A stretch of DNA of 63,672 nt, filler included, from Octopus bimaculoides (lineage: Eukaryota), in assembly GCF_001194135.2 (NCBI RefSeq). It is 6 parts of 6 records of this genome, joined end to end, with 100 filler letters (N's around TTAATTAATTAA, not from the genome) between each part and the next. Parts side by side here need not be neighbours in the genome. Positions count along the whole stretch, not along the records: positions 25,487 to 49,359 come from NC_068989.1; positions 49,460 to 58,102 come from NC_068982.1; 4 more parts are not named here. One strand, written 5' to 3'. The notes below the pieces were generated by a model. It searched no databases, had not been told where the DNA came from, and worked only from the letters and a program-made list of their open reading frames with translations. The number at the start of each line of letters is the position of its first letter. Positions within the stretch are counted from its first letter, which is position 1. The translations under genes and the position numbers were made by a program. Below are positions 40,429 through 52,650 of the stretch, piece by piece.

Positions 40429-41972
40429 CTCCCATACCATACGGCAATTCTTGGTGACTGAGTGTCACCAAAAATTGTCAAATGGTATGGATGACAGTGA
40501 TGGGAGGCAGAAGAAGATTAGAGTAATGTGAAAACAAGATCAACCTATTGATGATAATGATAATTACAATAACTACTACTCAAGGTGCAGGCATAGCTGT
40601 GTGGTTAAGAAGTTTCCTTCCCAACCACATGGTTTCAGGTTCAGTCTCACGACATGGCACCTTGGGCAAGTGTCTTCTACTGTTGTCCAGATTAACCAAA
40701 GCCTTGTGAGTGGATTTGTTAGATGGAAAGTGAAAGACGTCCATCATGTGTGTGTGTGTGTGTGTGGCTCTGATATTCTGCAAAAACTCGTCTAGCTTAC
40801 TCAGAAACAAGTAAGGGTTTACAAAAGGAAGGGTACATGAGAGTAGAAAATCTGCCACAATAAACTCAGTTCAACCCAAGCCAGCAAGTGGACATTGAAA
40901 TAATGAGGAGGATGAGGCAGAGGGGGAGAATGTGTGGCAGAATCAGTGGAGCAGCAGACCAAATAATTTCAGTCAACTAAACCAAATACCTTCAGGTATT
41001 TCATTTAGTTGATTTTCCTTCTTCCAGGTAGTGCAACATCATGGCCATCATCTACTTCATAGATCCAGTAAAAAAAATAATGAAAGAATACTACTACTAC
41101 TACTAATTAGCATATTTACTTGTGTGTAAGTTGCAACCCTAATTTGGCCTTAAATCATGGTAGAAAATTTTTCGTTTCATATCATGTTTGCTCCACATCT
41201 CAGTTTTTCAGTTAAAATCAAATATGAAATAGTGCAACTAATACACAAGAAAATACGGTATTTAATTTCTCAGTTATGAGATTTTATATCAAAGAATTCT
41301 AACTTTTAAGAGCGATCCTCTCTATACAGTTGTTTTATCTCCTAAAACTAGTTTCGATATTTCCCTCAAATCCCTGTACTATTTTAGAAAAGGACACATT
41401 CAACAATATAGTCCTTGATGTACAAAAATGAGAGAGAGATGGGATGGCCACAACTGGAATGCCTTTAATCAAGACTTACCTGAGGTTAAACACTTAAATT
41501 TTAATACTAAATTACAGACAGGTAATCTTATGTCTAAATATATTTTATGGCAATTTTACATTTACATATTTTCACGAACTCTCTAATCCTTCTCTTCTCA
41601 AATTTCAAGATGTGACTCACAAAAAAGATGTTTTTGAGAGGAAAGTACTCTTTCCTAACATATAATCTTGATACTCTTTAACCATTTGTTAGAAACTATT
41701 ATTAGACACCATTCCAAGAGATTCCAGCATCATCCAGTGCTAATATTATACGTATCTCTTCTTTACTGACCACATACTAGCTGCAATCTAACACCCAGCT
41801 TCTTGATCCGGTGCCAATTTTGAAAGCATTGGTATCATGTGTGTATATACATATATGCACAAACACCCACACACACAGATATATACACATGTATGCAGGT
41901 ATGTGTGTGCATATATGTGTGTATACACCACACATATGCTTTTTAAATACAGTTCTGTCCTATAATATTCAT

Positions 41973-42010
<38 letters not shown>

Positions 42011-42049
42011 TGTAAGAATAAAAGAAATTATTACTACTATTATTATTGT

Positions 42050-42370
42050 CATGAATTGGTAGGATTGTTAGGGCATCAAATAAAAATGCCTTGCTTATCC
42101 CAGCGTTTTACATTCCAAGTTCAAATCCTACTGAAGTCAACTTTGCCTTCTATTCTCCCAAGGTCAAACAGCTAGCAGAATCATCAGCACAACAAACAAG
42201 GTGCTTAGTGGCATTTCCTCCAACTCTTTACATCCTGAGTTCAAATTCCACCAAGGTTGACTGTGCCTTTCATCCATCAGGGGTATCGATAAAGTACTAT
42301 TCAATTACTGGGGTCAATTTAATCCCCTAACCCACTTCCAATTAAATTTCTGGACTTATGCTTTAATATT
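42050..42370 (+). mobile_element. SINE family B with duplicated 5' region, CpG-decayed
   Basis: Two successive AGTTCAAAT.C.AC..A.GT..ACT.TGCCTT blocks (about 42118 and 42238). Confidence 0.7.
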
Positions 42371-42389
42371 GTGTCTGGGGACAGTCATA

Positions 42390-42712
42390 CTGTCTTAATA
42401 TCTTCCATGCTGGCAGGGGTTGGACAGTTTGACTGAGGATGGACAAGCCAGGAGGCTGCACCAGGCTCCAATCTGATCTGGCAATGTTTCTAAAGCTGGA
42501 TGCCCTTCCTAACGCCAACCACTCCAAGAATGTAGTGGGTGCTTTTTATGTGCCACCAACACAGGTGCCAGTTAGGTGGGCCTGGTATCAATCACGTATG
42601 GATAGTGGTTTTTACGTGCCACCGGCACGGAAGCCAATCTGAAGGTACTGGCATCGGCCACATTTAGATGGTGCTTTTTACGTGCCACCGGCACAAGAGC
42701 CAGTCAGGCAGT
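42390..42712 (-). mobile_element. Family C element with three internal GTGCCACC repeats
   Basis: TTCCATGCTGGCAGGGGTTGGACAG...AGCTGGATGCCCTTCCTAACGCCAACC; TTTTTA(T/C)GTGCCACC three times between 42540 and 42700. Confidence 0.75.
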
Positions 42713-43160
42713 CCTATAGTTTCTTTTCCAGAATTTTTGTTGCTTTTGCAGCCTTGACAATGGATGTTGGCTTTGTCTATTATCAGAGCTGTGTTCCTTT
42801 TGTCTGTTTTGTGCACATGTGTGTGCACCAGTGTGCATGTGTTAATATCGTTTTCTGAATTAAAAACCAAGCCAAGGTCAACTTTGCCATTTATTCTGAG
42901 TCAATAAAATAAAACACCAGCCAATTACTGGAGATAATGGCACCACATAAGACCCACCACATACAGAAATGTCAAGCCTTGTGCCTATATTAGAAACAAT
43001 TACTATTGTTATTATTATTATTTTCTGGGCAGTGAAACAATATAATTGAAAGAGTATTGGAGAAAATGGCTTACAGTGTTTTGTTACAGCTTTTCACATT
43101 CAAATCACACAATAGGTAAATTAATACCAGTCAAATACTGGAGCTCATCAAGCAGACTTT

Positions 43161-43300
43161 ACTCTTTTACTCTTTTACTTGTTTCAGTCATTTGACTGCG
43201 GCCATGCTGTAGAAGACACTTGCCCAAGGTGCCACGCAGTGAGACTGAACCCAGAACCATGTGGTTGGTAAGCAAGCTACTTACCACACAGCCACTCCTG
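43161..43300 (-). mobile_element. Internally deleted SINE family A (3' end fused to head)
   Basis: ...GACTGCGGCCATGCTG|TAGAAGACACTTGCCCAAGGTGCCACGCAG..., i.e. the whole body is missing compared with 55467-55932. Confidence 0.8.
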
Positions 43301-43324
43301 TACGCTCAACTAATTTTTGGTTTT

Positions 43325-44250
43325 AGGTGGCGAACTCGCAGTATCGTTAGCACACCAGGCCGAATGCTTGGTGAAGTTTCATCCGTCTTTATATCTGGAG
43401 TTCAAATTCAGCTGTGATTGACTTTGCCTTTCATACTTTTGTGGGTTGATGAAATAAGTACCAATTGAGCACAGGGGTTGATGTAATTGACTAGCCCCAT
43501 CCCCTGAAATTCCAGCCCCTTTTTTTCCAGTAGCAAGGATTATTATTATCATTAGGTGGCAAACTGGCAGAATTGTTAGCACATTGGACAAAAAGGATTT
43601 GTGGAAATCCTTATGGTTCAAGTTCGAATTCCACTGAAGTCGACCTTGCCTTTCATCCTTTCAGGATTGATAAAATGAGTATCAGTTGAGCACTGGGATC
43701 GATGTAATTGACTACCCTCAGCATCACCAACATATTTCAGGCCTTGTGCTTATAGCAGAAAGACTTATTATTATTATTATTATTATTATTGTAGTGAGCT
43801 AATAGAATCATTAGCATACTGAGTGAAATGCTTAGCGGTATTTTGTCTGCTGCTATGTTCTGAGTTCAAATTCTGCCAAGGTCAACTTTGCTTTTCATCC
43901 TTTCGGGGTCAATAAATTAAGTACCAGTGAAACACTGGGGTCAATGTAATCGACTAGTCCCTTCTCCCCACAAATTTCAAGCCTTGTGCCTATAGTAGAA
44001 AGGATTATTATTATTATTATTATTAAGGCAGTGAGTTGGCAGAATTATTAGCACACTGAGCAAAATGCTTAGCGGTTTTTCATCTGCTGCTACATTCTGA
44101 GTTCAAATTCCACCGAGGTTGACTTTGCCTTTCATCCTTTTGGGGTCTATAAATTAAGTACCAGTTGAACATTGGGGTCAATGTAATTGACATATCCCCT
44201 CCCCCAAAACAGCTGCCCTTGTGGAAAAATTTGAAACCATTATTATTATT
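43325..44250 (+). mobile_element. Head-to-tail cluster of 4 SINE family B copies, CpG-decayed
   Basis: Copies start at about 43325, 43553, 43791, 44026; each ends in (ATT)n and is followed directly by the next head. Confidence 0.85.
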
Positions 44251-44992
44251 TGCCATAAAAGTACTGAATTACTCCAAAACGCAAAAATATTTCATTACCT
44301 ATTTATGTAATGGTGAACACAAACTGGTTTGTTAGGAGTGTAAAGCTAATGTAATCATCATTACACATTATCTTACAGCTGCCGATACTATTAAAGCTGG
44401 GATTACACAGGTGAACCGGTATGCTGCATAACATTTAACCAGTCAGTCACACCTGAGTAGAAAAATTACTTTCTTGACTATTTTATTTTCCATGCCAGCT
44501 ACAAACAGTAGTCAAGATCAGTCTGTTGGCTTCAATGAAAGGACTTCATCTTCTTTGAAGCAACTGGGTTATTTTTCACTCTAGTGATTAAGTACACAAA
44601 CACACAGACACATTGAGTACCAATAACACAGGTGTGCACACAAACGCTGACTACTATTAACACACTGTACTTGTTTTTCTCTCTTCCTTGCAGTGCACAG
44701 ACTATCTTAATATGGGGTCCCCACCACCACAAAACTGGATAACTCATTAATTAAGGCCAAAGAGAAAAAGGGAATCAGAAAGTGTTCTGGGGATATCATT
44801 TAACATACTAAAATAATATGTATTTTATGGTGAGGCATCCTTTTGTTGTTGCCCTGAGTTTTACACTCAGAGTAACAACGGAAGAAAACTTCAGCAGCAA
44901 ATAAACTCTGTAGCATGTACTAGCAAATATTTCTCTCGTTTGTAAATTCAAACATTTTATATGTATAAGTGAAGGGATGGGCTGTATGCATC

Positions 44993-45345
44993 AGCACAGA
45001 TGTGGCTGTGGTGGCTAAGAACCTTGCTTCCTATCCACATGGTTCCGAGTTCAGTCTCACGATAGTCCCAAGCCAACCAAAACCTTGAGAGTGGATTTGG
45101 TAGATGAAACTGAAAGTAGCCTATCACGTGTGTGTGTGGGTGTGTATGTGTTTGTGTTTGTCCCCCCCACTACCATTTGACACTAGCTTTGGTTTGTTTA
45201 TGTCCTTGTGACATAGCAGTTTGCCAAAAAGAAACTGACAGAATAAGTATCAGGTTAAGAAGGAAAAGTACTGGGGTCAATTTGATCAACTAAATTCCTC
45301 AAGGCAGCAACCCAGCATGGCTATAGTCCAATGGCTGAAACAAGA
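44993..45345 (+). mobile_element. SINE family A, CpG-decayed
   Basis: GTGGCTAAGAACCTTGCTTCC..CACATGGTTCCGAGTTCAGTC...CCCAGCATGGCTATAGTCCAATGGCTGAAACAAG. Confidence 0.8.
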
Positions 45346-45545
45346 CACACACCTACACACACACACACACACACAAGGCCCAGTCCTTGTTGTGGTATAG
45401 GGATCTGTGTGCTTCAATGACACAAGATTTCTACTAGCAAAGTACAAGCTCCTTCTAGAGCCTCCCATTCCAGACAGGTCAAAGAACAGAGGCCAGACTA
45501 ATATGGACCATCTCTTTCTAGGAGTAAAAAGGAGTTTGCATAGAG

Positions 45546-45810
45546 CAGGGGTAGTGAAACCCCCGCCTGCAGGCACAATTGCACCCACAAGCACATTCTA
45601 TTGTGTCTGCAGGCCAATATACTCGTATGTACAAAATATAATAAATTTTTCCATTATAAAATTTATACAATACTCGTATGCCTCTTTGCGACATAGGTTG
45701 TGTTTCCACTACAACTTAAAACAGTTAGGCTCAAACAGAAATTGTTCCATTTGAATGGAAATTTTGTTTTCACTAAAAAACCCATATTGCTAGGTTTGTA
45801 CCACCCCCTT
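45546..45810. mobile_element. Possible hAT-type MITE relic
   Basis: Left CAGGGGTAGTGAAACC versus reverse complement of the right end, AGGGGGTGGTACAAACC; TSD not recognisable. Confidence 0.3.
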
Positions 45811-47002
45811 GAGACCCAACTACACTCTAGCTAAAAAATATAGAATGCCACATAGGTAATATAAACGTCCTAAATTCAGTGGGAGCATTAATGAAGATGT
45901 TAAGCATTAATTTAATGTGTTAAACTTATCTTTATTAATGTATATTGAATTATACATAGATATATACAAGATTTATACAGATATAAGAGTTAGAACTTGT
46001 GGTCTGTCTTCAGAGCCTTTTCATTGGAAATTTTTGCCCACCGTGCTAAAAAGTTTTCCCACCTCTGGCACAGAGCCAACCTCTCCTCCCCACCTAAAAT
46101 GAAAAAGCAAAGTTACAGAAGAGGTGATGACAATTCATAACCAACAAGACCTGAGAGAGGAAGGCCTTCCCCCAGGGAAACATGACATGGTGCAGCAAAA
46201 TAGGCAGAACTGAAAAAAAAAAACAGTGATCCAACTAGAGAGGAGAAAAGACAGCCAGATTTGAGAACAGTGGAGGAAAGTTGTAGATGGCCTATGCTTC
46301 ATAGTGAACAAAGGGCTTAAGTTATACACACATAATTAAATCACACTACTGCAGGATCTGCAGTTTGTTATATAGAGCTCATATGCATTAAAACACAATT
46401 TTTTTTCCTTTATTTGCAAAATAAACTAACTTAAAAGTTCCATTTCTTACAAAGTTCAAAACTCCTTAATTCATTTTTAATACTTTTTAGTTTTGAAAGT
46501 AAATGTTCTTAACTGCAATTTAGTAACCATGCATAACAGATGTGAAACATATTTTCAACATTCAGAAAACAAGGAACCAAAGAATTGTCAGTTACAAAAC
46601 AACAAAGCTGAAACTCTATCAGGTCTTGTCTGGCACTAATATAAGGAAAAAGATCAGTTTTAAATAGTTCTGTCAACTGCACAAATTCTTCACAAGACTT
46701 TGAGATTTTCTGGATGTGACAAGATTTGATGATGTCTTTACAATCTCTTCTGCCGTAAATAACTGCAAGCAATGACGAAATACAATTACACCATTCATCT
46801 TTTGATAAGCTTTCTGATGTTTGGTCAGAGCAGAAAGTAATTTTAGTAATAATGGTAAGAAATGTTCAGTTTTGTGGAAAGATGCTAAAGATTCAACAAA
46901 TAAACCAAGGTTACAAGAACCAGTGACATCATCAAATTCAGGATTTTGCATTGAGTTTGTTGTTGATAGTATCTTTGCTATTTAACTCAATGGCTGAAAA
47001 AG

Positions 47003-47862
47003 AAGCCCTTATTAACCATTCGTCAATTCCCAGTTTCTGCATCACCCACCAGATAAGAGATCGGGGGACCCTGTCAAAGGCTTTCTCCAAGTCCACAAAA
47101 GCTAAGTATAGGGGTTTATCTTTAGCTAGGTATTTCTCCTGCAGTTACCGCATAAGGAATATAGCATCAATGGTGCTTCTACCTGGCACAAAACCGAACT
47201 GCATCTCATCTAAGCAGACTTTCTCCCTAATGAGATGGACTATAACCCTCTCTGTGACCTTCATCACCTGATCCAGCAGTTTGACACTCCTGTAGTTATT
47301 TCTATCTTAAGCATCACCTTTACCCCTGTAGCAGTTGACTATGGTGCTGCTATGCCAGTCATTGGGTATGACTCCATCATGAACTACCTAGTTTACAATG
47401 CGGGTGACTAGGCCATAGCCCACNNNNNNNNNNACTACCTAGTTTACAATGCGGGTGACTAGGCCATAGCCCACACCACCAGATGTTTTAAGCATCTCAG
47501 CAGTGATTCCTGATGGGCCGAGGGCTTTTCCTGGCTTCATACCCTTAATTTCTTTATCTACCAGGGAGCTGTCTATTTGGATAGCTGATCCCTCTACGGA
47601 GTCAACATTTGGCAGGCTCTCCTCTTCCCATTCATTCTCCATGTTCAGCAGTCTTTCATAATGGCTTCTCCAAGCCTCTTTCTTTTTCGAATCATTAAAA
47701 GCAAATGCACCATCATCCATGTGGACACATTTCTCTCCCATGACATCACAATTTTCTCTCACACACTGTCTTGCAATCCAAAATACTTCAGTTCTTTGGT
47801 CCTCATGTCGCTAGGCATTGGCAAACTTCTTTTCTGCTTTGCCCTTAGCTATGTATACCTGC
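47003..47862 (-). mobile_element. RTE-clade LINE ORF2 fragment (region upstream of and including the start of RT)
   Basis: Minus-strand translation: KEAWRSHYERLLN...GMKPGKALGPSGITAEMLK...; then DEMQFGFVPGRSTIDAIFLMR*LQEKY...LYLAFVDLEKAFDRVPR..WW.MQKLGIDEWL (canonical non-LTR RT motifs), with stops. Confidence 0.9.
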
Positions 47863-47864
47863 AT

Positions 47865-47991
47865 TGAAAATGGGAACCCAGGTTCGAAATTTTCCCCAAG
47901 ACACTTGATGAAGGCTGGAAGGTATATCAGCCAAAACATTGTGTTAACAACAAACAAGATGGGGACAAATATCTGTCAAATGTAGATAATG
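47865..47991 (+). mobile_element. Composite HHR element copy 3: 3' module only, catalytic core decayed
   Basis: GGGAACCCAGGTTCGAAATTTTCCCCAAGACAC-TTGATGA-A-GGCTG..CAGCC-AAAAC-ATT-GTGTT (47900-47945); C3, G12 and G16.2 are mutated. Confidence 0.85.
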
Positions 47992-49318
47992 AACCCAGAA
48001 AATGCAAGGCTTAATTCCAGTAAAAACTTTACAACTAATTATTCTCTCTACAAATATGAACCAATATGTTCTTGTTCAATCTCCACTTCTTTCACAAGTT
48101 GGGTCCTATGTTCACAATAACTGGACACAATCCCATACTTTCACTGACTGGACTTTGGGGTCTCAGGAGCAGTTGATTTTGTCAATCATAGAGATAGTAC
48201 AGTTAATTAGACATGGTTTAAATATGGACTCAGAACAATGATGTGAACTATATACCTAGCATACAAGAGCCAGGAATTCCATGACCAAGTTCTATAGATT
48301 ATTTGGCTAGAACTTTAATTTTATACATGAGGTGGGAAGGGTGGACAGAATGGTGATAAAAGCTAGTAGAGAGGGACAGTTTGCTATATAATCACCATCA
48401 TCATCATCAGCAGCATGCTCTTCTGCACACTTCATCCCCTTTGTACCCTTCATCACTATCACTGTCATCACCACCAGTGTCAAATAGAAATCCTATTTGT
48501 GTCAGTGGAACATCGTGTCTCCTGTGAAGATTGTCTATTGACACACACACACACAAGAGTCATTCAAATATACACACACACAATGTTCTAGCCCCTACAC
48601 ATGCATACATAGACAGTGTTCTATCCACATGTAATGGTCTACTCACATACATATAAAACTCACACACACACATGCACACAGTATACACACATGCACACAA
48701 ACGGTGCTCTATCCACACAATGTTCTACCCACATACATACAAATATAACTCATACATATCCACACACATACACCCTCTCTTTCTCGTTCATCCGTTCATC
48801 CGATACTCTCACCACCACTCTCACAGCTAAATTTAGCCCTGTGGAGTAACATTTACATATGAGCAGAGAGAGGAGTGGGGAGAGATAATGAGAGGAAGTG
48901 AGAGAGGCAGAAAGAGACAGTGTGAGGGGAGGGGAGGCCTCATGATACCTGCCACAACCACCAACACCACCACCACCATACCAACACTCCCATCTATGTC
49001 TCAATACAATCACTATGATTATTATAAGCAGAAACCAAACAGCTGACTGTAAAATTACATGGGAAGAAGGGAATAGTGACGCGATGATGGAAGTATTGAG
49101 TAAGTGTGTGTATACACACATGAATATCTATAGTCACACATATACACACATATATATATATATATATATGGGGGAGTATGCATGAGCATGCATGAATGTG
49201 TGTGAGATTACAAATAATGCCTTAGATTGTGTTTATCACTACCCCACATCTCTGTGGGTGTGTATGTATATATATATACACACACACACTGTCGTCGTCG
49301 TCATTTAACGTCCGCTTT

Positions 49319-49359
<41 letters not shown>

Positions 49360-49460
49360 NNNNNNNNNNNNNNNNNNNNNNNNNNNNNNNNNNNNNNNNN
49401 NNNTTAATTAATTAANNNNNNNNNNNNNNNNNNNNNNNNNNNNNNNNNNNNNNNNNNNNA

Positions 49461-49716
49461 GGTGCCTTAGGTATAATTAAAAAATACTCAGACAAATACA
49501 TAACAAAAATACCAGGACTTACAAATATATGTAACATACAGAAAATTGCACTACTGGGTACTGCACACATTCTACGCAAAACACTTTCAATACAGTAAAC
49601 ATAAAAGCACCACAGCAAACCACAGCACATACCCAAGGCGCACAGAGCTGCGCTCGGTAGTGAAGTGAAAGCACGTTATAAAAATAAAACTACTGAACAA
49701 TAATAATAATAATAAT
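49461..49716 (+). mobile_element. R4/Dong-type (RLE) non-LTR retrotransposon 3' end, copy 1
   Basis: 49461-49598 translates GALGIIKKYSDKYITKIPGLTNICNIQKIALLGTAHILRKTLSIQ*, the characteristic RLE-element C-terminus; 3' UTR ends in (AAT)n. Confidence 0.75.
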
Positions 49717-49915
49717 GGAACAAATAGGGGCTGCAATAAGGGTGGAGCACTTGCAGAAAACAGCATTGCTTGGAACCGCTCGAATACTCCGGATGGTGCT
49801 CGAAAAATAAGGGGTGTTACTTTAGTTTACTGGTAGTGAACAGCTGGCACGGTAGTACACCACTATCGTTAGAAGCTGTGCAAAGACACTAAATAATAAA
49901 AATAATAATAATTAA
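49717..49915 (+). mobile_element. R4/Dong-type 3' end of a second subfamily
   Basis: 49715-49810 translates MEQIGAAIRVEHLQKTALLGTARILRMVLEK*; it has a different 3' UTR and ends in AATAATAAAAATAATAATA. Confidence 0.7.
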
Positions 49916-50336
49916 TGACAGGGGTTTACTACAACTTTACTCCCTGGGTAGAGGACGTGTGAGATATATGAATATATCCTATCTTTACGTGAATTTGAAA
50001 GCCATAATTTCTATAAGTTGATATCATCATGTATAGTTAAAGGCATTCTGTGATAATTTGTATAACTCTGCATTGATAGGTACAAACAGATTTTCTGGTT
50101 TTAGCCCAGTACTTTTGAGCCATTACTGATTCCTACACTTAATTAACTTACTCTGAGTTCACATTTTCGAATTTTGAACATCAAGGGTTTTCCATCCATT
50201 TTGCGAAGTTCTCCATCGAATCAATCTTTTTTTAAAACCATTTTATTTATTTACTTTCTTTTGTATTGTTATTGTTTCCTGCCAAAAAAACACATTTCTG
50301 TTTTCCTTTTTGTGTTACTTTATTAATAAATTCTAC

Positions 50337-50712
50337 AGTAGGCGCAGGCGCGACTGCGTGGTAATAAGCTTGTTTCCCAATCACATGGTTCCGGGTTCAG
50401 TTCCACTGCGTTGAACCTTGGGCTAGTATCTTCTACGATAGCCTCGGGCCGACCAAGGCCTTGTGTGTGTGTGTGTGTGGGTGTGCGTGTGTGTGTGTGT
50501 GTGCGTGCGTGCGTGAGTGAGTGCGTGCGTGCGTGCGTGCATGCGCGTGTCTTTGCGTCTATGTTTGTTCCCCCACTCCTTTACAACCGGTGTTGGTATG
50601 TTTACATCCTCGTAACTTAACGGTTCGCTTAAACAGATCGACTAAGAATTGTTCAAGGCGGTGCTGCAATATAGCACATAGTTTAATGACAGAAACAAAT
50701 AAAATGTAAGAG
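50337..50712 (+). mobile_element. SINE family A, near full length
   Basis: GGCGCAGGCGCGACTGCGTGGTAATAAGCTTGTTTCCCAATCACATGGTTCCGGGTTCAG...GACAGAAACAAATAAAA. Confidence 0.85.
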
Positions 50713-50999
50713 GTACATTTCCTTGTTGATGAGTAATTTAAAAAAAATTCATAGTCATTACTATCTCTTAGTCTTGTGACCCATCTGCACAGGTTACATA
50801 TGTCCCATCTATACCACCTTTTAGAATGATGGATTGAGAACGGATTGACTAGTTTCCTTGTAAAGCTAACCCCATAAGCTCACATAATTTTCAAGTTTTG
50901 CCTTGAGTATTTACACCAATACAATATCTTATATTTTAAAAAAGTTGAAACATTTCTCTTGTTTCTATTAATCCCTTTAATTCACACAAACCTTCTGAT

Positions 51000-51640
51000 T
51001 AATTGTGATGGTTAGTGTATTTATATCTAATAACACGTTTCTGATTTAATATTCGTCTGACTTCAATCTACTACTCTACTCTTATATTTCCTTCTCCGTT
51101 CCTTTGTGTTGTATCAACCTCATCTACTCTTGAATATTTCTATAGGTGTCTCTCCTTAGAATTCTCTGATTTGTGTATCTTAATAATTTGAATTTTAATT
51201 AATTTTCCTCTTCTCATATTAGCTTCAACATATTTCTTTGACTCCGTAGTTATTTTGATAGAAATGTTAAATTCTTGAATAATTTTGTAGATGTTCTTTT
51301 GCTGGATATTTATTCTTTTCCAACGTTTTTGATCATCTACGATGAAGAACATATTTTTGAGTTGGTCCTTATTGATTCTTCCGCTTCAAAATTAGGACCA
51401 GATACAAATGTTTTGAGGATAAGAAGGCTCGCTCAAAGTGATTTAATTGGAGATTGGACAAGCTTATATTATCTTTCGTTATCTTTCAGAGTTATTGATG
51501 TTTTCAATATTGCCGTAGTATGGTTGATAATTTTAAATTTTAGTCCTGCTACTACTCTGTCTATGTTAAGTGTCGGTAATCTCAAAGAATAGCCTGTCAA
51601 AGAGTTTTCCTTAATGAATCCATTCCATACTTAAATACTT
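51000..51640 (-). mobile_element. Possible highly decayed PLE reverse-transcriptase relic
   Basis: Fragments VSGPNFEAE (cf. TMGSFDGAE), FFIVDD, QQKNIYKIIQEFNISIKITTESKKYV (cf. KKIIKIFK..GLKITIETN.KVV) in the expected order, with frameshifts; similarity is weak. Confidence 0.3.
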
Positions 51641-52379
51641 CTTTCTCGTTGCTGCTTTTTTCTTTGGTGTTTAATTTTTTCCTGCCTTTCCCTTCCAGCA
51701 AATTGTCGGTTGTTGATTCTGGTATTAATAATAACACTATGTAACAATTTTTAAAATTTTTTAGAGTGTTTGGTCAGTCAGTGTTATTTCCTACTTACCC
51801 CTATCTGGAAATCAACGAAGATGTTTACTATTCCCTTCAAACTTTGCTTTTGTGACCTGGACATCAATGTTTTGAAACTGACCTATTTTCCATTACATTT
51901 CAGACAGGTTCAGTACCGAGTTGCTGAAGCAGAAAGATTTACTTGAGCATGTTCCTCAGTGGCTGACAGTATGTGCATTTCTGATCATGAGCAGGGGTAG
52001 TGGGGAAGCATCAAAGCTATGTTTTGAGAGGGATTCTTTTGGGTTTGAATAAATGGAACAAAAGCAAAGTACGGTTGCTACAGCTTCAAGTCTAATGATT
52101 ACTTTCTCTAGCTAGAATTTGGATATTTTACCAATTCAGGAAGTCTTCCAGATCAGCCACGTGGGCCGATTCCCCACTAGTTTTGTCGAACAATCTCGGA
52201 TTATTATATTTCTCTACTTTTTGACGTCGATCATTTTCCATATTTTTTACTGATGGGATTTGATTTACATATATTGATCTTTTTTCTGGTCGCGCCAGTA
52301 AAATTTTGAGAGAGGTGTCGCCTCGCACATCCATGGTATGATTTTTCTGTTCCCAGTTACATTGTGTGGCATACAATGT

Positions 52380-52590
52380 TCTTTTACTTGTTTCGGTCAT
52401 TTGACTGCAGCCATGCTGGAGCACCACCTTAAAGTCGAAGAAATCGATCCCCAAGGCTTATTCTTTGTAAGTCTAGTACTTATTGTATCGATCGCTTTTG
52501 CCGAACCGCTAAGTTACAGGGACATAAACACACCAGCATCAGTTGTAAAGGGATGATAGGGGACAATCGCAGACCCAAAGACACACACAC
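52380..52590 (-). mobile_element. SINE family A, 3' part, truncated by a gap
   Basis: TTTTACTTGTTTCGGTCATTTGACTGCAGCCATGCTGGAGCACC...GCCGAACCGCTAAGTTACAGGGAC. Confidence 0.85.
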
Positions 52591-52616
52591 ATAAATGTAT
52601 ATGTGCGCGCGTGCGC

Positions 52617-52650
<34 letters not shown>

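Noticed and set aside
44499-44567. 69-nt symmetric plus-strand exon candidate ((A)TNSSQDQSVGFNERTSSSLKQL)
   Set aside because: Good acceptor but weak donor (GTTATT), no recognisable homology, and opposite strand to the other candidate exon.
47383-47474. 41-bp direct repeat inside the RTE fragment
   Set aside because: Identical sequence on both sides of a 10-N gap: assembly overlap artefact.
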